Source: the human T2T-CHM13v2.0 reference genome, Homo sapiens
Reading direction: 5' to 3' (one strand)
Length of the DNA: 64,000 bases
Assembly: GCF_009914755.1 (NCBI RefSeq)
Contig: NC_060933.1
Below the pieces are notes generated by a model. The model was not told the origin of the DNA and made no database searches. It worked only from the letters and a program-made list of their open reading frames with translations. Shown one piece after another: positions 29,911 to 41,500 of this stretch (its first letter is position 1; the number at the start of each line of letters is the position of its first letter). The position numbers and the translations under genes are program-made.

Positions 29911-32900
29911 TGGAATCATCCGGAATGGAATGGAATGGAATGGAATGGAATGGAATGGAATCAACCCGAGTGCAATGGAATGGAGTGTAATGGAATGGAA
30001 TGGAATGGAACAACCCGAATGGAATGGAATGTAATGGAGAGTAAGGGAGTTGAATAGAATCAATCCGAATGTAATGGAATGGAATGCAACGCAATGGAAT
30101 GGAATGGAATGGAATGGAATGGAATGCAATGGAATGGAATCAACCGGAGTACAAAGGAATGGAATGGAATGGAATGGAATGGAATGGAATGGAATGATAC
30201 GGAATAGAATGGAATGGAACGAAATGGTATGGAATGGAATAGAATGCAATGGAATGGAATGGAATTGTTCCGAGGGAATAGGAGGGAATGTATTCGAGTG
30301 GAATGGAAAGGAATGGAATCAACCAGAGTGGAATGAAAGGGAATGGAATGGAATGGAAACTAATAGAATGGAATCAACCCGAGTGGAATGGAATGGAAAG
30401 GACTGGAATGGAATGGAATGGAATGGAATGGAATGGAATTAACACGAATACAATGGAATGGAATGGAATGGAACGGAATGGAGTGGAATGCAATGGAATC
30501 AACCCGAGGGCAGGGGAATGGAATGGAATGGAATGCAATGGAATGCAATCATCCGGAATGGAATGGAATGGAATGGAATGCAAAGCAATGGAATCAACTC
30601 GATTGCAATGGAATGGAATGGAATGGAAAGGAATACATTGGAATCAACCCGAGTGGAATGGAATGGAAAGGACTGGAATGGAGTGGAATGGAATGGAATG
30701 GAATGGAATCAACTCGATTGGAATGGAATGGAATGGAATGGAATGGAATGGAATTAACCCGAGTAGAATGGAATGGAATGGAATGGAACGGAACGGAACG
30801 GAACGGAACGGAATGGAATGGAATGGAACAGAACGGAACGGAATGGAATGGAATGGAAAGGAATCAACGCGAGTGCAGGGGAATGGAATGGAATGGAATG
30901 AAATGGAATGGAATCTGCCAGAATGGAATGGAATGGAATGGAATGGAATGGAATGGAATGGAATGGAATGGAATCAACCCGAGTACAGGGGAATGGAATG
31001 GAATGTAATGCAATGGAATGGAATCATCCGTAATGGAATGGAAAGGAATGGAATGGAATGGAATGGAATGCAATGGATTCAACTCGATTGCAATGAAATG
31101 GAATAGAATGGAATGGAATGGAATGGAATGGAATGGAATGGAATTAACCCGAATAGAATGGAATGGAATGGTATGGAACGGAACGGAACGGAACGGAACC
31201 GAATGGAATGGAATGGAATGGAATGCAATGGAATGGAATGGAATTGTATGGAATGGAATGGAATGGTACAGAATAGAATGGAATGGAAAGAATTGCAATG
31301 GAATGGAATCGAACGGAATGGAATCGAATGGAATGGAATGGAATGGAATGGAATGGAATGGAACCAACCCGAGTGCAATGGAATGGATTGGAATGCAATG
31401 GAATGGAATGGAACAACCCGAATGGAATGGAATGTAATGGAGAGTAAGGGAGTTGAATAGAATCAATCCGAATGTAATGGAATGGAATGGAACGGAATGG
31501 AATGGAATGGAATTGAATGGAATGCAATGGAATGGAATCAACCCGAGTACAATGGAATGGAATGGAAAGGAATGGAATGGAATGGAATGGAATGGAATGG
31601 AATGGAATGGAATGGAATGGAATCAACCCGAGTGCAATGGAATAGAGAGGAAAGGAATGGAATGGAATGGAAACTACCCGAATGGCATGGAATGTAATGA
31701 AGTGTAAGGGAATTGAATAGAATCAATCCGAATGGCATGGAATGTAATGGAACGGAATGTAATGTAATGGACTGGAATGGAATCAACCCCAGTGCAGGGG
31801 AATGGAATGGAATGGAATGCAATGGAATGGAATCATCCGGAATGGAATGGAATGGAATGGAATGGAATCAACCCGAGTGCAAAGGAATGGAGTGAAATGG
31901 AATGGAATGGAATGGAAACAACCAGAATGGATTGGAATATAATGGAGTGTAAGGGAATTGAATAGAATCAATCTGAATGTAATGAAATGGAATGGAACGG
32001 AATGGAATGGAATGGAATGGAATGGAATGGAATGGAATGGAATGCAATGGAATGGAATCAACCCGAGTGCAATCGAATTGAATCGAATGGAATGGAATGC
32101 AATGGAATGGATTCAACTTGAATGGAAAGGAAAGAATGGAATCAACACGAGTGGAATGGCATGGATTGGAATGGAATGGAATGGAATCAACCCGAGTACA
32201 GGAGAATGGAATGGAATGGAATGCAATGGAATAGAATCATCCGTAATGGAATGGAAAGGAATGGAATGGAATGGAATGGAATGGAATGGAATCAACTCGA
32301 TTGCAATCGAATGGAATGGAATGGAATTAACGCGAATAGAATGGAATGGAATGGAATGGAACGGAACGGAATGGAATGGAATGGAACGGAAAGGAATGGA
32401 ATGGAATGGAATGGAATGGAATGGAATGGAATCAACGCGAGTGCAGGGGAATGGAATGGAATCGAATGGAAAGGAATGGAATGGAATGGAATCAACCCGA
32501 GTGCAGGGGAATATAATGGAACGGAATGCAACGGAATGGAATCATCCGGAATGGAATGGAATGGAATGGAATGCAAAGCAATGGAATCAACTCGATTGCA
32601 ATGGAATGGAATGGAATGGAAAGGAATAGAATGGAATCAACCCGAGTGTAATGGAATGGAAAGGACTGGAATGGAGTGGAATGGAATGGAATGGAATGGA
32701 ATGGAATGGAATGGAATCAACTGGATTGGAATGGAATGGAATGGAATGGAATGGAATGGAATTAACCCGAATAGAATGGAATGGAATGGAATGGAACGGA
32801 ATGGAATGGAATGGAATGGAATGGAATGGAATGGAATCAACCCGACTGCAGGGGAATGGAATGGAATGGAATGGAATGGAATGGAATCATCCGGAACGGA

Positions 32901-34839
32901 ATGGAATGGAATGGAATGGAATCAACTCGATTGCAATGGAATGGAAGGGAATGGAAAGGAATCGAATGTAATGGAATGGAATTAACCGGAATAGAATGGA
33001 ATGGAATGGAATGGAATGGAATGGAATGGAATGGAATCAACCCGAGTGCAGGGGAATGGAATGGAATGGAATGCAATAGAATGGAATCATCCGGAATGGA
33101 ATTGAATGGAATGGAATGCCATCAACCTGATGCAATGGAATGGAGTGGAATGGAATGGAATGGAATGGAAACATCCCGAATGGAATGGAATGTAATGGAG
33201 GGTGAGGGAATTGAATAGAATCAATCCGAATGTAATGGAATGGAATGGAATGAAATGGAACGGAATGGAATGGAATGGAATCAACCCGAGTGCAATGGAA
33301 TGGATTCGAATGGAATGGAATGGAATGGAATGGAATGGATTCAACAGGAATGGAATGGAAAGGAATGGATTCAACCCGAGTGTAATGGCATGGAATGGAA
33401 CGGAATGGAATGGGATGGAATAGAATGGTACGGAATAGAATGGAATGGAATGAAATGGAATGGAATGGAATGGAATGGAATGGAATGGAATGGAATGGAA
33501 TGGAATCAACTCGATTGCAATCGAATGGAATGGAATGGAATTAACCCGAATAGAATGGAATGGAATGGAATGGAATGGAATGGAACGGAATGGAATGGAA
33601 TGGAATGGAATGGAATGGAATGGAATGGAATGGAATTGAACGGAACGGAATGGAATGGAATGGAATGGAATGGAATGGAATCAACTCGATTGGAATGGAA
33701 TGGAATGGAATGGTACGGAATAGAATGGAATGGAACGAATTGTAATGGAATGATATTGAATGGAATGGAATGGAATGGAATGGAATCAACGCGAGTGCAG
33801 GGGAATGTAATGGAACGGAATGCAATGGAATGGAATCATCCGGAATGGAATGGAATGGAATGGAATGGAATGGAATCAACCCGAGTGCAATGGAATGGAG
33901 TGGAATGGAATGGAATGGAATGGAACAACCCGAATGGAATGGAATGTAATGGAGAGTAAGGGAGTTGAATAGAATCAATCCGAATGTAATGGAATGGAAT
34001 GCAACGGATTGGAATGGAATGGAATGGAATGGAATGCAATGGAATGGAATCAACCCGAGTACAATGGAATGGAATGGAATGGAATGGAATCAACCCAAGT
34101 GCAGGGGAATGGAATGGAATGGAATTCAATGGAATGGAATCATCCGGAATGGAATGGAATGGAATGGAATGGAATGGAATGGAATGGAATGGAATGGAAT
34201 CAACCCGAGTGCAATGGAATGGAGAGGAATGGAATGGAATGGAATGGAAACTACCCGAATGGAATGGAATGGAATGGAGTGTAAGGGAATTGAATAGAAT
34301 GAATCCGAATGGAATGGAATGGAATGGAAAGGAATGGAATGGAATGGAATGGAATGCAATGCCATGGAATCAACCCGAGTGCAATCGAATGGAATCGAAT
34401 GGAATCGAATGAAATGGAATGCAATGGAATGGATTCAACTAGAATGGAATGGAAAGAATGGAATCAACACGAGTGGAATGGCATGGATTGGAATGGAATG
34501 GAATGGAATCAACCCGAGTAGAGGGGAATGGAATGGAATGGAATGAAATGGAATGGAATCATACGTAATGTAATGGAAAGGAATGGAATGGAATGGAATG
34601 GAATGGAATGGAATGGAATGGAATGGAATTGAATGGAATCAACTCGATTGCAATCGAATGGAATGGAATGGAATTAACCCGAATAGAATGGAATGGAATG
34701 GAATGGAATGGAACGGAACGGAATGGAATGGAATGGAATGGAATGGAGTGGAATGGAACGGATCGGAATGGAATGGAATGGAATGGAATGGAATCAACGC
34801 GAGTGCAGGGGAATGGAATGGAATGGAATGCAATGGAAT

Positions 34840-34854
34840 GGAATCTTCCGGAAT
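34840..34854. promoter_or_regulatory. Perfect 3-unit HSE match
   Basis: GGAATCTTCCGGAAT. Confidence 0.5.
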
Positions 34855-37800
34855 GGAATGGAATGGAATGCAATGGATTCAACTCGATTGCAATGGAATG
34901 CAATAGAATGGAATGGAATGGAATGGAATGGAATTAACCCGAATAGAATGGAATGGAATGGAATGGAAAGGAACGGAACGGAACGGAACGGAACGGAACG
35001 GAATGGAATGGAATGGAATGGAATTGTATGGAATGGAATGGAATGGTACGGAATAGAATGGAATGGAAAGAATTGGAATGGAATGGAATCGAATGGAATG
35101 GAATGGAATGGAATGGAATCAACCCGAGTGCAGGGGAATGTAATGGAACGGAATGTAATGGAATGGAATCATCCGGAATGGAATGGAATGGAATGGAATG
35201 GAATGGAATGGAATGGAATCAACCCGAGTGCAATGGAATGGAGTGGAATGGAATGGAATGAAATGGAACAACCCGAATGGAATGGAATGTAATGGAGAGT
35301 AAGGGAGTTGAATAGAATCAATCCGAATGTAATGGAATGGAATGGAACGGAATGGAATTGAATGGAATGGAATGGAATGCAATGGAATGGTATCAACCCG
35401 AGTGTAATGGAATGGAGAGGAATGGAATGGAATGGAATGGAAACTACCCGAATGGAATGGAATGTAATGGAGTGTAAGGGAATTGAATAGTATCAATCCG
35501 AATGTAATGGAATGGAATGGAACGGAATGGAATGGAATGCAATGGAATGGAATGGAATGGAATGGAATCGTTCCGAGGGGAATAGGAGAGAATGTATTCG
35601 AGTGGAATGGAAAGGAATTGAATCAACCAGAGTGGAATGGAAGGGAATGGAATGGAATGGAAACTAATAGATTAGATTGGAATCAACCCGAGTGGAATGG
35701 AATGGAAAGGACTGAAATGGAATGGAATGGAATGGAATGGAATCAACTCGATTGTAATGGAATGGAATGGAATGGAATGGAACGGAATGGAATGGAATTA
35801 ACCCGAATACAATGGAATGGAATGGAATGGAATGGAATGGAATGGAATGGAATGGAACGGAATGGAGTGGAATGGAATGGATTCAACCCGAGTGCACGGG
35901 AATGGAATGGAATGGAATGCAATGGAATGGAATCATCCGGAATGGAATGGAATGGAATGCAATGCAAAGCAATGGAATCAACTCGATTGCAATGGAAAGG
36001 AATGGAATGGAAAGGAATAGAATGGAATCAACCTGATTGGAATGGAATGGAAAGGACTGGAATGGAGTGGAATGGAATGGAATGGAATGGAATGGAATGC
36101 AATGGAATGGTATGGAATGGAATGGAATGGTACGGAATAGAATGGAATGGAACGAATTGTAATGGAATGGAATTCAATGGAATGGAATGGAATGGAATGG
36201 AATCAACGCGAGTGCAGGGGAATGTAATGGAACGGAATGCAATGGAAAGGAATCATCCGGAATGGAATGGAATGGAATGGAATGGAATGGAATCAACCCG
36301 AGTGCAATGGAATGGAGTGGAATGGAATGGAATGGAATGGAACAACCCGAATGGAATGGAATGTAATGGAGAGTAAGGGAGTTGAATAGAATCAATCAGA
36401 ATGTAATGGAATGGAATGCAACGGAATGGAATGGAATGGAATGGAATGGAATGCAATGGAATGGAATCAACCCGAGTACAATAGAATGGAATGGGATGGA
36501 ATGGAATGCCTTCAAACCGAATGGAATGGAAAGGAATGGAATCAACACGAATGGAATGGAATGGAATGGAATGGAATGGAATGGAATGGAATGATACGGA
36601 ATAGGATGGAATGGAACGAAATGGAATGGAATGGAATGGACTGGAATGGAATGGAATGGAATGGAATCGTTCCGAGTGGAATAGGAGGGAATGTATTCGA
36701 GTGGAATGGAAAGGAATGGAATCAACCAGAGTGGAATGGAAGGGAATGGAATGGAATGGAAACTAATAGAATGGAATCAACCCTAGTGGAATGGAATGGA
36801 AAGGCCTGGAATGGAAAGGAATGGAATGGAATGGAATGGAATGGAATGGAATGGAATCAACGCGAGTGCAGGAGAATGGAATGGAATCGAATGGAATGGA
36901 ATGGAATGGAATCAACCCGAGTGCAGGGGAATGTAATGGAACGGAATGCAATGGAAAGGAATCATCCGGAATGGAATGGAATGGAATGGAATGGAATCAA
37001 CCCGAGTGCAATGGAATGGAGTGGAATGGAATGGAATGGAATGGAACAACCCGAATGGAATGGAATGTAATGGAGAGTAAGGGAGTTGAAAAGAATCAAT
37101 CCGAATGTAATGGAATGGAATGGAACGGAATGGAATGGAATGGAATGGAATGGAATGGAATGCAATGGAAAGGAATCAACCCGAGTACAATGGAATGGAA
37201 TGGAATGGAATGGAACGGAATGGAATGGAATGGAATGGAATCTTCCGTAATGGAATGGAATGGAATGGAATTGAATGCAATGGATTCAACTCGATTGCAA
37301 TGGAATGGAATAGAATGGAATGGAATGGAATGGAATGGAACAGAACGGAACGGAACGGAACGGAGTGGAATGGAATGGAATGGAATTGTATGGAATGGAA
37401 TGGAATGGTACGGAATAGAATGGAATGGAATGAATTGGAATGGAATGGAATGGAATGGAATGGAATGGAATGGAATGGAATGGAATCAACCCGAATGCAA
37501 TGGAATGGAGTGGAATGGAATGGAATGGAATGGAAAAACCCGAATGGAATGGAATGTAATGGAGAGTAAGGGAGTTGAATAGAATCAATACGAATGTAAT
37601 GGAATGGAAAGGAATGGAATGGAATGGAATGGAATGGAATGGAATGGAATGGAATGGAATGCAATGGAATGGAATCAACCAGAGTACAATGGAACGGAAT
37701 GGAATGGAATGGAATGGAATGGAATGGAATGGAATGGAATGGAATGGAATGGAATCAACCCGAGTGCAATGGAATAGAGAGGAATGGAATGGAATGGAAT

Positions 37801-39303
37801 GGAAACTACCCGAATGGAATGGAATGTAATGGAGTGTAAGGGAATTGAATAGAATCAATCCGAATGGAATGGAATGGAATGGAACGGAATGTAATGGAAT
37901 GGAATGGAATGGAATCAACCCGAGTGCAGGGGAATGTAATGGAATGGAATGCAATGGAATGGAATCATCCGGAATGGAATGGAATGGAATGCAATGGAAT
38001 GGAATCAACCCGAGTACAATGGAATGGAATGGAATGGAATGGAATGGAATGGAATGGAATGGAATGTCTTCAAACCGAATGGAATGGAAAGGAATGTAAT
38101 CAACACGAGTGGAATGGAATGGAATGGAATGGAATGGAATGGAATGATACGGAATAGAATGGAATGGAACGAAATGGAATCGAATGGAATGGAATGGAAT
38201 GGAATGGAATGGAATCGTTCCGAGTGGAATAGGAGGGAATGTATTCGAGAGGAATGGAAAGGAATGGAATCAGCAGAGTGGAATGGAAGGGAATGGAATG
38301 GAATGGAAACTAATAGAATGGAATCAACCCGAGTGGAATGGAATGGAAAGGACTAGAATGGAATGGAATGGAATGGAATGGAATCAACTCGATTGTAATG
38401 GAATGGAATGGAATGGAATGGAATGGAATGGAATTAACCCGAATACAATGGAATGGAATGGAATGGAATGGAATGGAGTGGAATGGAATGGAATCAACCC
38501 GAGTGCAGGGGAATGGAATGGAATGGAATGCAATGCAATGGAATCATCCGGAATGGAATGGAATGGAATGGAATGCAAAGCAATGGAATCAACTCGATTG
38601 CAATGTAATGGAATGGAATGGAAAGGAATACATTGGAATCACCCCGAGTGGAATGGAATGGAAAGGACTGCAATGGAGTGGAATGGAATGGAATGAAATG
38701 GAATGGAATCAACTCGATTGGAATGGAATGGAATGGAATGGAATGGAATGGAATGGAATGGAATTAAACCGAATAGAATGGAATGGAATGGAATGGAACG
38801 GAACGGAACGGAACGGAATGAAATGGAATGGAATGGAATGGAATGGAATGGAATCAACCCGACTGCAGGGGAATGGAATGGAATGGAAAGCAATGGAATG
38901 GATTCAACTTGAATAGAATGGAAAGAATGGAATCAACACGAGTAGAATGGCATGGATTGGAATGGAATGGAATGGAATCAACCCGAGTACAGGGGAAAGG
39001 AATGGAATGGAATGCAAAGGAATGGAATCATCCGTAATGGAATGAAAAGGAATGGAATGGAATGGAATGGAATGGAATGGAATGGAATGGAATCAACTCG
39101 ATTGCAATCGAATGGAATGGAATGGAATTAACCCGAATAGAATGGAATGGAATGGAATGGAACGGAACGGAACGGAACGGAATGGAATGGAATGGAATGG
39201 AATGGAATGGAATGGAAAGGAATGGAATGGAATGGAATGGAATGGAATGGAATGGAATCAACGCGAGTGCAGGGGAATGGAATGGAATGGAATGCAATGG
39301 AAT

Positions 39304-39318
39304 GGAATCTTCCGGAAT
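39304..39318. promoter_or_regulatory. Perfect 3-unit HSE match
   Basis: GGAATCTTCCGGAAT. Confidence 0.5.
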
Positions 39319-40166
39319 GGAATGGAATGGAATGGAATGGAATTGAATGGAATAAACCCGAGTGCAATGGAATGGAGTGGAATGTAATGGAATGGATTGG
39401 AACAACCCGAATGGAATGGAATTTAATGGAGAGTAAGGGAGTTGAATAGAATCAATCCGAATGTAATGGAATGGAATGGAACGGAATGGAATTGAATGGA
39501 ATGGAATGGAATGCAATGGAATGGAATCAACCCGAGTGCAATGGAATGGAGAGGAATAGAATGGAATGGAAACTACCCGAATGGAATGGAATGTAATGGA
39601 GTGTAAGGGAATTGAATAGAATCAATCCGAATGTAATGGAATGGAATGGAACGGAATGGAATGGAATGGAATGGAATGGAATGGAATGGAATGGAATGGA
39701 ATGCAATGGAATGGAATCAACCCGAGTGCAATCGAATGGAATCGAATGGAATGGAATGCAATGGAATGGATTCAACTTGAATGGAATGGAAAGAATGGAA
39801 TCAACACGAGTGGAATGGCATGGATAGGAATGGAATGGAATGGAATCAACCGGAGTACAGGGGAATGGAATGGAATGGAATGCAATGGAATGGAATCATC
39901 CGTAATGGAATGGAAAGGAATGGAATGGAATGGAATGGAATGGAATGAAATAGAATGGAATCAATTCGATTGCAATCGAATGGCATGGAATGGAATTAAC
40001 CCGAATAGAATGGAATGGAATGGAATGGAACGGAACGGAATGGAATGGAATGGAATGGAATGGAACGGAACGGAACGGAACGGAATGGAATGGAATGGAA
40101 TGGAATGGAATGGAATGGAATCAACGCGAGTGCAGGGGAATGGAATGGAATGGAATGCAATGGAAT

Positions 40167-40181
40167 GGAATCTTCCGGAAT
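40167..40181. promoter_or_regulatory. Perfect 3-unit HSE match
   Basis: GGAATCTTCCGGAAT. Confidence 0.5.
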
Positions 40182-40466
40182 GGAATGGAATGGAATGTAA
40201 TGGAATGAAATGCAATGGATTCAACTCGATTGAAATGGAATGGAATAGAATGGAATGGAATGGAATGGAATTAACCCGAATAGAATGGAATGGAATGCAA
40301 TGGAACGGAATGGAATGGAATGGAATGGAATGGAATGCAATGGAATGGAATCAACCCGAGTACAATGGAATGGAATGGAATGGAATGGAATGGAATGGAA
40401 TGGAATGGAATGGAATGGAATCAACGCGAGTGCAGGGGAATGGCATGGAATGGAATGCAATGGAAT

Positions 40467-40481
40467 GGAATCTTCCGGAAT
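40467..40481. promoter_or_regulatory. Perfect 3-unit HSE match
   Basis: GGAATCTTCCGGAAT. Confidence 0.5.
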
Positions 40482-41016
40482 GGAATGGAATGGAATGGAA
40501 TGAAATGCAATGGATTCAACTCGGTTGCAATGGAATGGAATAGAATGGAATGGAATGGAATGGAATGGGATTAACCCGAATAGAATGGAATTGAATGGAA
40601 TGCAACGGAATGGAACGGAATGGAATGGAATGGAATGGAATGGAATGGAATGGTATGGAATGGAATGGAATGGTACGGAATACAATGGAATGGAACGAAT
40701 TGTAATGGAATGGAATTGAATGGAAAGGAATGGAATGGAATGGAATCAACGCGAGTGCAGGGGAATGTAATGGAACGGAATGCAATGGAATGGAATCATC
40801 CGGAATGGAATGGAATGGAATGGAATGGAATGGAATGGAATCAACCCGAGTGCAATGGAATGGAGTGGAATGGAATGGAATGGAATGGAACAATCCGAAT
40901 GGAATGGAATGTAATGGAGAGTAAGGGAGTTGAATAGAATCAATCCGAATGTAATGGAATGGAATGCAACAGAATGGAATGGAATGGAATGGAATGGAAT
41001 GGAATGGAATGGAATG

Positions 41017-41500
41017 CAAAGGAAATTAATCAACCCGAGTGGAATGGCATGGAATGGAATGCAATGGATTGGAATGGAATGGAATCAACTCGAGTGGAAA
41101 GGAATGGAATGGAATGGAAATGAATGGAATGAACTCAACTCGAGTGGAATGGAATGGAATGGAATGGATTGGAATGGATTGCAATGGAATGAACTGGAAT
41201 GGAATGGAATGGAATCAATCATGGAAGGGAATGTAATGGAGTGGAAAGAAGGGAATGGAATCAACCCGAGTGGAATGCAAGGCAATGGAATGGAATGGAA
41301 AGGAATGGAATGCAATCAACTCGATTGCAATGGAATGGAATGGAATGGAATGGAATGGAGTTAACCGGAATAGAATGGAATGGAACGGAATGGAATGGAA
41401 TGGAAGGGAATGGAATCAACACGAGTGCAGGGGAATGGAATGGAATGGAATGCAATTGAATGGAATCATCCGGAATGGAATGGAATGGAATGGAATAAAC
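41017..41500 (+). repeat. Divergent HSat3 island abutting the inversion breakpoint (copy 1)
   Basis: Motifs not seen elsewhere except in its duplicate: GCAAAGGAAATTAATCAACC, GAACTCAACTCGAG, AATCAATCATGGAAGGG, GGAGTGGAAAGAAGGG, GCAAGGCAATGG, GGAGTTAACCGG. Confidence 0.75.

Larger units (their letters stand above)
23871..41016 (+). repeat. HSat3 sub-domain C (A-related, mosaic with A units)
   Basis: Markers GCCTTCAAACCG (about 24412, 26034, 27548, 28767, 36508) and TCGTTCCGAGTGGAATAGGAGGGAATGTATTCG-type (about 24576, 26203, 27722, 28951, 36667, 38215), GGAACGAATTG, GCAGGGGAATGTAATGGAACGG, together with the A-type GGAGAGTAAGGGAGTTG. Boundaries approximate. Confidence 0.7.
1..41500 (+). repeat. 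HSat3 block, GGAAT on + strand
   Basis: Uninterrupted GGAAT polarity up to ...TGGAATAAAC at 41500. Confidence 0.97.
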
